Shown here in pieces: positions 9,909-22,470 of a stretch of 64,000 nt of DNA. A program made the position numbers and the translations under genes. The DNA lies in the NCBI GenBank assembly GCA_013265495.1, contig MU057947.1, positions 1,263,070-1,327,069 of the forward strand, in the 5' to 3' direction. Under the pieces are notes generated by a model. That model saw only the letters and a program-made list of their open reading frames with translations. It ran no database searches and had not been told where the DNA came from. Source of the DNA: Vicugna vicugna (taxonomy: Eukaryota). Position 1 is the first letter of the stretch; every line of letters starts with the position of its first letter.

Positions 9909-12900
9909 GGAAAAAAGAGAGACCCTGGCAGCTCAGGTCGCCAGCATTTTGACTCAGAGCCACAGATGTGCGGTGGGCCTGTGTGCAGATCAGTGCTGGG
10001 GCCTCTGCCACGTGATGCTCGCCACGGAACTCAGGAAGGAGCTTTTGAAAGGGGTGGAGGGATTTGACGCCATGGGGGTCTCCACGCCGCCGTGTCTCCA
10101 TGCCGCCATCTGCGGGCGTGGGGTGGGCTTCTGGCCCGGCTCTGGCAGGAGAGAGCCCTGGGGCCACTCTTGGTCTTGGGAGCCTTCCGCCTCTGAAGTG
10201 GCCCTGATGACAGATCACCTCCTGGACGCAGGATTGCTTGGCAGGCATTTCACTTGTTTTTCTCTCCTCGCCCGGTGTCTGGAACCTTCCCTGGATGCCC
10301 AGCGAAGGCATCTGAAAGGAGTGATCTGTGGCAGGCGGGGACACAGGGGCCTGGTTGCTGGTGGGTCACGGGCTGGTTCAGGAGGGGAAGCTGCCGCTTT
10401 CCACCTGCACAAACTCTAACCAGCCGGACTGCCTCCGCCTAGTGCACTGTCGTCCACAGGATACATCGCCCATCGCCAGCCTCGTGCAGAAGGCGGCATG
10501 CGGACTGATGGGACGCTCCTGACCACACTCCACATGCTGGAGGAGGAGGGGGAGGCAGGAACAACGGGCAGCGAGCCACATGCGAGTCTGCAAATCCTCC
10601 ATCAGAATGCAGCACACCTGTGGTCGTCCGTGGGCCCGTGGAGTAGGGTGCCAAACGTCCGTGTGGTTTTATGGGAAGATTGTGGCCAATATAATTACAG
10701 GTTAAATTTAGGAGAAGTCACTGGTCTTGTGCTTCAGTGAATGATTTTTAAAAATTGTTGTCTCATGATTATAGAAGTAATATAAGCTTGCTGTGGGAAG
10801 AGCATAAAATTTAATTTTTTAAACAGCATAAAAGGTAGTGTGAACACCCTTCCTTGCACCTGGCGCTCTGCCCCTAGAGAAGAGCACTGCTGGTATTTAT
10901 CTTTATTCTTTAAAATAAATACAGCCCACGTTACGGTAACAGAGGCCTCCGGTGGCCACTGTTTGGGTCAAAGGGGGCTGGGGAGGGAATCAGGAAGTCT
11001 TCCTGGAAGAAGTGCCCTGTGGAGTTGGTCTTCGGGGCAGTCTGCAGCCTTCTCTAGAGGACTCAGGACCGTGGCTTTTCCTTCCCTCTGACGTATCAGA
11101 ATTACATTCTGGCTCAAGTTTGTTTTTTAAAACATCATTTATTTTAAAACTATTTTGGGGATGTGTCTTAATGAAAGACATTTGACAATTTTTCAGAAGA
11201 CGAGAATTAAAATAAGCTCATTTTGAGCTCACTTGACTGACTGATCCGATTCTGGGTTCATGCGGTATTTCCATGAAGAGCTTAGATTCGGCCCTGGCTT
11301 CACTTGGTGGCCTCAGAGCTTCAGCGTTAAAGGGGTGAAGTCCTGGGCCGCCTCTGGAGGTAATTAGACGGAGAGAAATTACCCAGGCAGTTTTGGTGTT
11401 GGCCAAATTTTTGACTATATGTTAAACAGTGATAAGCAACTTCATCTTAATCACCTCTGCAGCGAGTTGACAGGTGGTTAATATTATGAACATAACATTT
11501 TGCTTTAAGAAGGATTGTGGCGATGAGAGCTGAGGAACCCAAGTCAGGCAGGAGGGGGCCGACGCGAACTGCTTGGTTGGAGTTTCCTTTTAGGTACTGT
11601 TGCCACTCCCTTCTCTGCAGGTTTTATTCTTTACTTAACCCTTTGATCCCAGAGGGTCCCTGGCATCTGGACTGTACCCCCGCAGCCCCCTCCCCTTGCG
11701 TTGCTCCCACCCCAGCCAGAATCGGTGCCTTGACTGTCCTTTTCCTGAAATCCCCCAGAGAGCTATCCCTTCAGTGGCACCTACAGAGATTAAATTCTGT
11801 TTGTCTGCTCTGTCACTAACGAGTGTCACACCAGGAGTGGCTCTTCCCTTACAGCCAGTTAACGTCTGGGGAAGGTGGGGCCCCCAGTGCGGAGTGAGGA
11901 CTAAGCACAGTTATGGAAGAGGGCGTGAACTCAGGGCACTGCGGAGCATGCGTGCGGCTCTGGCACCTGTTTTGCTGCCTCCTGACAGAGGAGGGATGGA
12001 CGGTTCGAGCCGTCGTGGGCTAGGACCACCTCTGCCCAGCGCTGGCCCTCCTTTCCCTGTGGGTCCCCCTCCCCAGGCCCCTGCGGTTCGGGGCGGCCAC
12101 ACGCACCCCTGGAGCAGGACTCACACATTACTGAGAACGATCGGTTTCTTCGTCTGCAGGTGCTTGGAGCTCAGTCTTACGCAGGGAATTAATTCACTGT
12201 ATTTCCGTAGGTCTGGTTGCCGGCTGGAGCGATCTCCGCCAAGCTCCCAGTGCTTCTGTGGAAACCCTAACCGGCCCGCTCACTTTTGCACAGGACCCTC
12301 TGGTGCAGAGTTACAAGCCCGTGCGTGCTCCCCATGTTCTTTCCCCGTCCCCCGTCCCCGTGGCCCCTATCCTGTTCAGGCATGGTGTGTTGTCTGCCGT
12401 CCCCTAAACATGAACTCCCCACCACAGGGGCTTGGTCTGGGCTGCTCTGGGACCTCCAGAACCTTCTCTGACACAGCAGTCACCCCATAAAGACGGTAAA
12501 ATGTTATTTTATAAGACGGAGCCCAGGGCTTCCGTTATGCTGCCGGGTCCCCCGGACCCTTTCCAGACCGTGTGGGAGGACAGCAGCCTGGGGTCCCTGG
12601 GGAGGGGCAGTTTCTAACTGGCCACGCTGGGGAGAGTCCTCCCACCCACCCCGGAAAATCAGCCTCGGACCCTGATGGCCCAGGGGACAAGTGCCCCATT
12701 AACTGTTGGGTGCCACCTGTCCTCTTCCCGCCACCCCACATCCTGAGGCCACTGCTCAGGGACTCCGTCCACACCCCACACCCACGAGGGCCCCACGGAG
12801 AAGGAGGAAAGGGTGGGACACTGAGTCCCTGCCTTGTGCTGTCTGAACAAGGGGCCATCTGAAGTCCCCTGTCCCACGGAGCTGCACGTCAGAGTCGCAT

Positions 12901-13767
12901 GGAAATGAGAGCTGATCTGCTGCAGGTTACGAGGGTCACGTGATGTGGCTCCACTTGTGTAAAACCAAGGACACTTTGTGATGTTCTCAGTCTTCCTCCC
13001 CTCGGTTTGCTTGTTCTGTCTGCTTTCTCCATCCCTGCGGTACCTCTGGGTCGGGTTCTCCTGTTGGGTTCTTGACGCTGGATCCTTTGAGAACAGCGCC
13101 CTCTGGGATTGTGTGAGGAAGTGGTGCTGGTTCCGGTCTGTGCTGAGAGCAGATGGGGGTAGGGAGGAGATCCGCTCACACCGGTCGCTGGAGCAACGCT
13201 GACCACCTGTGGAGCCTACCCTGTGCCCTGGAGCTGCAGAGACAGGGCGAGTGGCCCCCCAGCGACCTGGAGCTGGGGCAGCTGCCCCATGTGCGGGGTC
13301 GATGGAGAGGCGAAGTGGTTTAGGGAAGACGCGTCGCTCTGTGGTCTTCAGACGTACAGGCAGGCTCTCCAGCTATTTTAACCTCCCTTCATTTCCCGGG
13401 CTGTGTCCTTGTCATTTCGTCACGGCTCTGCAATGGCCGGGGTGAGCTGTGTCATGGTCTGCGTGCTCCTGTTGCCCCGCAGGTGTGGGCAGGTTACCTG
13501 TACATGTCTTCCTGGCAGAGCAACAGGTGACACGGCCTCACTCTCCACCTTCCTGTACTTTCAAGTGTTCTTCAGTTTAGGAAAAAACAAACCAGAACGC
13601 CCTGCTGTCTTGCACCAGCAGCCGGGCAGGTTGGCTCCCGGGGTCTGGGGCTCAGGGTCCACGGACGTTTGGTGTAGAAAGTCTGGATGGGTCAGCACCC
13701 ACCTTCACCCCAGCTCTGGGCTGACCTGGAGCCGAGTGGGCTGCCTGTTAATTCGTGATATGCAATA

Positions 13768-13780
13768 TTTGTATGCAAAT
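13768..13780 (+). promoter_or_regulatory. Octamer (POU) motif with an abutting Sox-like half-site
   Basis: TTTGT-ATGCAAAT, with a perfect octamer at 13773-13780, in an AT-rich non-repeat island. Motif match only. Confidence 0.3.
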
Positions 13781-16700
13781 CTAATTCCTCAACCGCCAGC
13801 TTTTATTTGCCAATCTGGGAAGCCTTTATTTGTTTCTGTTGAAAAACCAAATCCCTAAAACTCTAAGTTGTTAGTATTTTGAAATTTCAATTCTCCTCTG
13901 CAATTGTATCTCTATTTGCAGACCCGTTGGCACGCAGCAGGGGCTGGTGGTAAACAGCAGTGCCTTGTGAAGTGAGGAGGGCTGTTTGAACCTGCAGTGA
14001 GAGCTGTTTCCAGAGGCCAGCCGAGGAGGGCCGGGCGCCGCGCCGAGGTCCGTGGGAGCCTGATGGTGGCTGTCAGGCAACAGCTGGGCTGTGACTGTGG
14101 TCTGTGCCAGGTCCTGGTGCTCTGAGGCCGCCCGGGCGTCCCGGACAGACCCGCCCTCGCGCAGCCCGCCTCCGTGAGCCCTAAAGGGTAGTGCTTGTGA
14201 CTCGGCGCCCGGACTCGTCAACGACTTGCTGGATCTTTAGAGCCGTGGCATTTGCACTGCTGTGTCCTAGGAAGCACAGAAGCGTGTTGAGCTGCCGGAA
14301 AACTCGTGCTGCCGCAAGGAGCCTTAGTGCTGCCTTCGTTTATAGTGAACCGAGACTGAACGTCCTACGTCTTCGCTGGCTCAGCGTGCAGCCGACGGCG
14401 CTGCTCAACTGCTACCTATCTCCTCCCCTCAACGGCCGTCTGTCACGCACTATTCTGGGTGCTGAGTGATCAGGACGAGCCCGACAGGGCCCTGGTGGAC
14501 AGGGACACACGGACTCCTGTCCATCAGCACGTGCTCTGCCCACATGGTGCTGGGGGTCTGCAGCGTAAGGGTGGGCAGGTGGCAGGTGCGGGACACAGAG
14601 GCTTCCCACCTGATAAGGTTATCTTGGAGCATATATTTGAATAAAAGTTTGCAAAATGTAATGGCTGCACTTTAAGCCAAATGAATGCACTTTATCTGAA
14701 CAGCAAGGTGAAAGCTCTGAGAACACGCAGACATTTCCAGAAGGACTGAGCGTGTCTTTGGAGTGCCTGGCTTTCGTTCCTCCACCCCCATCCGGACATG
14801 CATGGGCCCTGGGGGTCACACTCCGCTCATCGGGTAAATGTAGGTGAGGGGCTCCAAGTGGGAGCAGCACCAGCGATGCTGGGGGTGGGGCTGCCCCGAG
14901 GATGGTTCCGCAGTGGAGGACGGGTCCCACGGCTGGGTCAGCGCCTGCTGATGGACTGCCTGCCGTGAGCACGTGCAGGGGTTCTCAGGGGCTGCCTCTC
15001 ACTCCCCATGCCACTGACACCAGCGCTGCCCACCCGACTCGTCCAGGGTCCTTGCTGAGCTGGAGGATCTGGGAGGTGGGAGGAGGCAGCAGGGGCCAGG
15101 AAGGAAGACCCTCGGGGCACGGCCTGGCTCGGGTCTCCCCCCTGTGAACGCAGGGCTGGGCCCCGGCGGGGACCGATGTTCTCGGATGTCAGGGATGCGA
15201 CCTGCCCACCGTCAGGCAGCTGCAGAGAACAGGAAAACGCCCGATCTTTGTAATTTCTCCTAGAATTTAGGTTGATGGCTGGCAGAAGGGCAGGGCCTTC
15301 AGGGCACACAGTCCCTCCCAGGATGGGGGAGACGGCGGCTGCCGCACCTCCACTGAGCCCTGTGTCCTGCCAGTCTGAGCGAGCGTGGGCACGGGAGGCG
15401 CCCGGCGTGCTCCCCCAAGACGGAGCGTTCTCGTCTGTGGATGGAGCGATTCTGTACCGCTGTTCCCTTTCTCAGTTTGTTTGTTTTGTTATTTGAAATT
15501 TTCTTTAGCAATTTGCCAGGACCGGTATATTTCTTTGTTTCTCTGTTTTTGCTCTGCGCCTAGATTACATGTGTCAGCAGCATCTGCTGTGAATTTTAAT
15601 TACAATGCTCAGCTCCAGGGGAGCCTTGCAGGGCAGCCGGTGTAGTTAGCAGTCCAGACCCACGTTCGGGGCACAGACGGGGCGGCAAGCATGTGAGGGG
15701 ACGCGGGGCCGAGACAGAGGAAACGTAATCCCACAGTTCTCCTGTCCCCACTGCTTTTCTTTAAGAAACCTCCTTAGCAAGGGACCCATATGCATAAAAT
15801 TACTTTTTGTTTTTTTGTTTTTGCCAATAATTGTCCTTTGGTTCTTTAAGGCAGCATCACCAACCCTCAGTAGCTTTTGAAGGAGCAGTTACGGGATTTG
15901 CAGCTTGACTAAAATGGAAAATGCAGTTCTGTGTTCGGTTACTTCACATTGCAAAACTCAGCTTACGGGGTGTACTGAACGCCGGGCTGCTGTTACTGCT
16001 CGGCTCCGGAGGGCTCTGCAGAAGCCAGGGGCGCCTCCCGCACGACTCCCTGACACTTGCACTGCTGCTTTCAGGGGTGGTTCTGTGTCGTTCAGCATGT
16101 AGTCCCTGTGGCCCCTGCTACGCTGGACACATCAGGCCAGGTCTGCGTGTGCCCAGGGCCTGCGAGGGGACGGTCCTCTGGTGGACCTGGGCCGCGCCCT
16201 TTGCCGGCAAACGAGACCGTCTGCTCCTCCGTCCCAGGCAGCTGGCACCATGACTGCATTTTGTTTCAGAAGCCGGACGGCTCATCTGTGACCACGTGGT
16301 AGTTATTTCACTACCACTCAGAGTGGAAGGGGTGCTGGCAGTTAGGGGCTTGAAGCACATCCCCCGGGACCCTCTGTCCCAGGCTGGATTCCTCGACTTC
16401 CGAGCAGAAGGCCTTGGGGTCGCCAGCAGATGTCCTTTGAGTGTGTCCTGGAGGGGCAGGAGCAGGACCCCCTGGGGGCCATCCTGGGGGCCTTGGGCAC
16501 CGTGTCTGCCTAGGGTACAGTGTGGCTGCCTCCTGGCCCTGCCTCCAGGGCTGCAGAAGGCGTGGACGTTTGCCCCGGGGGCGGGGGCGAGCCTGAGTCA
16601 CCGCTGGGACCCGGCCCAGAGCAGGTGTCAGAGACTCCGTCAGATTGCACATGGCTTTCTGCTGTGCCCTTCTGAGCCGGGCCCGCAGGCTGCTCACGCT

Positions 16701-18595
16701 GCTCTCAGTGAGATGGGACCAGGGCTGCGGACCTGGGGCTGGTCTAGGAAGGCGCTTGGCGGGGCTGACCCTCCGTGAGGGCCCCTTGGCCTGTGACTGC
16801 CCATCAACGCATCTGCCTAACAGGACGTCATCCTTAGGAAGATGACGCGGGAGACCCTGTCGTTCCTGGACGGTGACCCTAGGCTTGGAGAGGTCAGTCA
16901 CTTGCCTTCAGTGAATTTCCAAGCTGGGATTGGAGTCGGGGCCCCGGTCTGTCAGGAGCTGGCCGCCCTGCCCTTCTGGAGGTCTCCCCAGGACCCTGCT
17001 CCAACCTTGGCTGCCTCTGCCCAGGCCCCTCTCACTGTGAGCCCAGAGCTGTCCCTGCCCTCCAGCCTTGCCCAGTCTGCAGGGCCTGTGGGAGAAAGTT
17101 CTGGAGACCGAGGCAAGCCGTGGGTTTCCCTCCTTGACCTCCGCGCTCCCAGCGTGCCGGGAGCCGCCCCGGCGGTGCTCCGTCAGGGAGACCCGAGTCC
17201 CTGCTCTCCGGGAGCGCCCCCTCTTCCCGGGCTGCGCGCTTCCTGGGCCGCGGGCTTCTGTCCTCCAGACGCCCGGGTTGCCCCTGAGGCCGACCCTCCC
17301 TTCCGGGATGGCTGGGCACCAGAGGTAAGCTGGGTGATGGTCCCCTTGGAGCGAGGAGAGCACTTTGCTGCACAGAAGTGGTGTGACATCCAGCTCCTCG
17401 GTGTTGCCTCTCACCACGCCCCGAAATGAGGCAGGAGGGATTTAGGTTTATGCCTGGGAAGCAGGGAAGCTTGACACAATTGCTCTTTGACACCAGCAGT
17501 GAAACAGCTGGTCTGTGGACGTGGGGGCAGCATCCCCTGGGAGGGGGCTTGTCTGTCCCGGGGGTGACATCCTCTGGTGGCTGTTTCAGAGCGGGGTGCC
17601 CCCGGGGTGCTCTGTGCCGAGGTGGGGAGGCAGGGCTGGGCCCGCATCCCATCCAGGGCCCGTGTCGCCTGCGCTGAGCTGCTCTGTGAGGGCAGGTGCT
17701 CAGGAGCACAGATGACCAGACGCTGGGCCAGAACTCCACCCTCACCCATATTTTAGGTGAACCAGTTTTTCTCAGTTCACACATCTATACAAAAATAAAT
17801 GTGCAGAGAATCAGTCCTTGACCCCAGGCCCAGTCTGGCAGCGAGTGGTGGCAGCATCCAGGGATGAATGAGCCATTTGGAGAATCAGCCCCATCCATTT
17901 CGTTAAATGATGTGCTTCTCCTAAAAGTGTGTCTTGTGCTTAATGCGTATTGCTCGAAATATAGATAACATTTATGTTGTTTTGATTAGCTGTGCACCAG
18001 TAATAAAGCAGAGAAATTCAATCCAGAAGAAGATTATTTTTTAACACTTAGAGTCTTATGGTCACTGGAAATAAAAAGTGTGTATTTATTTCATATCAAT
18101 ATTCTTGTGCAGAGAAGTGTCACAGGATGACGAATGGCACAATTTCAAGCATCAGCATTGATCCCGTCGGGTAAAATTCTGTGGGAGAAGGGGCAGAGAA
18201 ACACACATTTAAGGGGAAGAAGACAGAAATGTGTAATATTTCTGGTTAAAGAACTCATCTCTGAATTTTTAAAATGGGAGGTGAAGCATAGGACCCCCTG
18301 CTGTTTAGACCCACATGATACGTTTAACAATGACATCATAGCTTTGTTTCAAACTGTATTGTTTATGACATGGCAGCGTTTACTCCCTGTTCCATGATTT
18401 GAACCTGTAATGAAGACCTTTCGCGATCAACCTGCAAATTCCAAGGGGTCAGTGAGTGGACGGGGAGGATGCCCTGTGGGCGCCACGTGCCTCGGCCGGG
18501 CTGGCGGGGGGCAGAGGCACAGGATCTGGGTGCTGAGCCCAAGGCGTCCCTCCCACATCGCCGAACAGACTTGAGGGAATTACATTGCGGTTTTT

Positions 18596-19250
18596 ATTTT
18601 TAGTAGCGTTTTTATTTTTGAATAATTTTAGATTTACAGAGAAGTGGCAAAGGTGTGCAGTCATGTTCAGCATATTCGAGACCTGGTATCTCTTATTTCC
18701 AGCATCTGACATGAGGGGGTCCATTTGTTAGAATTAATGAACCAATGCTGATGTATCTTTATTAATCAAAGTCCATGTTTTATTTTATCTTCTTCGTTTT
18801 CACCTGGAGTCCCCTTTCTGTCCCAGGAGGTGGCCCAGACACACATTCCGCTCCGCCTCGGGGCTCCCTTGGACCCCGGCTGTGGCGGTTTCTCAGTCCT
18901 GCTGTGACTCTGGTGACTTGACGAGGGGAGGGTGTGGGACGGTGTCCTGTGGCAGGCCCCCCTGCTGGGCCTTGGCCGCGTCTCTCGTGGTGGGACTGGG
19001 TTGTGTGTCTTTAGCAGGAGGACCGTGGAGGAGAGGCCCTTCAGGTCACTCCCACAGGGTGCAGGCTCTCAGTGCGACTTGTCGCTGCTGGTGTGGACTT
19101 GACCCCCTGGCCGAGGTCGCGTTACCCAGGGGTCTCTACTGCCAGGGGCCTGTCCCCCGTTCACGCCGGGCTCTTGGGGGGGAGCCACCCGCACGGCCCG
19201 CACTTCGGGGGCTGCGCTCCCGCCTGCTGAGGGCAGGAGAGAGTTGATGG
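18596..19250 (-). mobile_element. L1MC/L1MD-like 3' end, distal half GC-shifted
   Basis: 'ttttgaataattttagatttacagagaagtggcaaa', 'catttgttagaattaatgaaccaatgctgat...caaagtccat' and 'cttgaccccctggccgaggt'. Confidence 0.8.
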
Positions 19251-19307
19251 GACTGCAGACGTCAGCTTCTCAGATTTGAGTTGCTCTTGGCCCCTGAGCA
19301 GGGCTAC

Positions 19308-19751
19308 GTGTGTGTGTGCTTATGTGTGCTGTATGTGTATGTGGTGCGTGTATGTTGTATGTATGTCATGTTGTGTGTATATGTTGTGCTCTATGTGCTG
19401 TGCCTTGGGTTTTTGTATTGTGTGTCATGCATGTTGTGTGTGGTGTGTTATGTGTATTTGAATGTGTTGGGTTGCATGTGCATGTTGTAGTGTGTGTGGT
19501 GTGTGTATTTGCATATTGTATCGTAGTTGGCGTGTTGTGTGTATATGTGTAATATATGTGGTTTCTGTCTGTTCTGTGTACATATGTATATGTGTGTTAT
19601 GTGTGTGTCGTATGTGTGTGTATGTTGTGTTACATGTATTGTGTGGTGTGTGTTGTATGTGTGTTGTGTGTGTGCATGTGTGTTTGTGTATATCTGTTGT
19701 ATGTGTGTGCATATATGTTTTATGTTGTGTGTGTTGTGTGCACGTGTGTGC
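19308..19751. repeat. ~440 bp degenerate (TG)/(TA)-rich simple repeat
   Basis: Seen directly; it produces the spurious Cys/Val and His/Thr ORFs. Confidence 0.95.
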
Positions 19752-22023
19752 CCATGGGAGTCAGTGAGAGGCGACGCGCTGACGGGCCTCGGGGCCCGGC
19801 CCCTAGGTGAGGCTCTGCCATGTGGGTCAGCGTTTCCCGCAGACTGGTCAGGCTGCACCTTCTCACGGGAAGATATGCACAGGGCAGAACTCGGACCATG
19901 GGGTGGGTGCCCTTTTTACAGAAAGACTGAGGAGGCGCTGACATGGGCAGGCCAGCCTCTTGTCCCCATCACGGCCCCCTCGTGGGAAGATGGCTCGACG
20001 GGGGCTCTCTCCCTGCCCACCTGCCCCAAGCCCGCCACGTACGCTCTCCTGGGCTCTGTGCCCTGCAGGAAGCAGGGAGAAGCCGCTGGCCCCACTCGGG
20101 GAGCCTCAGGGGTGACTGGGGACCCACGTCTTCCTCTGGCCCCGAGCCCCCTGCACCTGCCGCACTGGGGAGCTGGGCACCTGGCTGCCCTGCTGCTGGC
20201 CTCTGGGCTGGGCCCGGGAGTGCCCACCTTCTCCCGTGCTGTCCCCTGGTGCCCCCGCCTCAGACCTCTGCTCTCCTGGACCCTGAGACCCCTTGCTCCC
20301 GGGAGTGGCTTGCTCGGTCCCCTTTGTGCCTGCTCCCACCCTGATGTGCTGGTGAAGCCGTGGGCCCAGGACTTGCAGAAGGCCGACGGCCAACCCCCAT
20401 GCCCTCTGCTGACAGCATGTCCAGCGGGAGGGGCTCTGGCTACTCCAGGTGGCGCACTTGGACTTCACCTGCAGCGTCCGCTCACCCACTGCGCTCAGGA
20501 GGGGCTGCCCTCGGGAGGCGTGGGGACGGTGCCCGCCGCATTCCTGATGCAGGAGTCGGGCCCCGTCAGCACCTCCTGGGTCCAGGCTGTGGGCTGGGCC
20601 TCCGCACCCCTGTTCTGTGGCTGTGGCCTCGATGGCTGTTGGCCCCGAGCCTGCCCGTGCCTGGGACCGAGCACCTTCCAGAAAAAACCCTGTTTGAATG
20701 CCTGGCTCACCCTCGGGCTCAGTGGTCAGGGCGACGGCTTGGCCCCTCACCCAGAACCTGAGATGGGGCATCAAGGGGGCCGGCGAGGAGCCCAGGCCGT
20801 CCTCAGGGTGCTTTCTCGGGCTTGTTGAAAATACTTAGCAACCTGCAAACAATGTGATTTAATAAAAGTTTATTTCTGACATTGACTTTATGACAAATTC
20901 TTCTGGCTTGCCCTGCTTTGTGTTTTGTCTGTTGTAGCCTCAGCGAAATAAAAATTAAAAATCCCGAAACCATGTGCCAGCGCACAGCTCCGCGAGAGGT
21001 CTGCGCCCGGGCTGCGTGCCGGTGCTGGCGTGGGGACGGCGGTGCCTTTTTCCGTCAAGGCTCCTCCAGAAACAGGCTGCTGCTTGTGAACAGCTGGAGC
21101 CGGCGCCTCAGCCCAGGAGTGTGGATCTTAGTGTTTTATGGTTATTAACCTCCCGTTATTAAGTTCTCAGTACTGTTGTGCTACCAGTGCTGTGATTTCT
21201 TGCTTGTGAATATTAAGTGTTGCTCTTATTGAGAACATATTTTTCTCTTTATGAGTGTCGAGGAATCTCACGTCTTAAGCAGGCGGGTGGGTGAGGGGAG
21301 AGGGGTGTGATTTGTCGCGTCTGCAGAGATGGGAGCATCTGGAAGGTCGGTCAGCCCCAGGCTGTCTCTCATCCTCCCGGGGCCCCGTGGATTCCTGCGG
21401 GAGGAAGAGGCGTCCTCGGGCACAGAGCAAAGGGCGGAGGGGCCGCAGGGAGTGATGGGCGGTGGCCCTGCTGCCCCGTGCCGTCCTGCTGGGGTGGGGT
21501 TTCTCCCCCCAACGGAGGTGCCAGGGCCTCGCTCTTCATCTCCTTCTGCGCCCCACGCATCTCAAAGGGGTTCAGTGACAAGGAACACACGTCCCCAGGC
21601 ATGGTCTTTTGCCAGCAGTGGAGAGCATCCCCTGTGTGACTCTCACGGCTAGGACTCCACGTGTGGCACGTGACCTGCTCCCGGGACGGGGGCACTGTTT
21701 CCGGCTGCTCATCCAGAGGCTTTCACTCATATTGAGGCCTCTGGGAGACAGCGTTCCCTCTTGTGAAGGAAGAATGAACGTTTTGTTTTCTGTCTTGGTA
21801 GCAGAAGGTCTTTTGCACTTTCCCCCCGCTAAGCTGTAAACCTTACAGTTCCCACACAGACCTGTGCCTTCGCCAAGCCTTGTAGACAGGCGACAGCGAA
21901 GAGCTTCCGAGCGAGTGTGAGCGGCGTGCACCTGTGAGGAGGGAGGCCCCGTGGGGACCGGCGTGATTCAGAATCGGCCCACTGGTGCTGGTCCAGGTGG
22001 GCGGCGTACATCCCACCCCACCG

Positions 22024-22470
22024 AGGGTGAGTGAGGAGACGGGGTCTGTCCTGGTGTGGGGACTTCTGAGACGAGTGTGTGGCCCACTGTCACGGGGTCT
22101 TGTTGGGGTCGGCCGGCTGTGGTGGTCAGAGGAACCCATTAGCACCTTCCTCCGACGTGGACGGACACAGCCCTGCTCTTCCTGGTGACCCCAGCAATGT
22201 TCGCCTTCGGAGCTGAATGCCCCGAATTAAAAATAGTTACCACTGCAGAGGGGATTCCTTCACGGAGCCGCTGAGTGGTCGCTTTGTTCATTCTCTTGCA
22301 TGACTCCTCTACGTCGGACATCGAGCTTCCTCGCACGAGGACAGTGAGGTTAAGGGGGGCAGGTCCCTGCCTTAACAGACCTTCATCTGGTGGGGAAGAC
22401 AGACTGATCATAGTCGGGAGAAGGGTAACAGAGGAAAATACCCTGACGCTGTGGTGGGGAACCGGGGGCA
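22024..22470 (+). repeat. Inverted repeat, left arm (contains an L2-like remnant at ~22280-22470)
   Basis: Its reverse complement aligns with 24092-24529; 22249-22324 is an exact 76/76 match to 24208-24283. Confidence 0.95.

Noticed and set aside
11696..12490. 264 aa ORF
   Set aside because: Pro/Gly/Arg-rich composition typical of chance ORFs in GC-rich DNA.
19527..20828. 433 aa ORF
   Set aside because: It starts in the TG repeat (Cys/Val run) and continues through GC-rich, stop-poor DNA; no recognisable domain.
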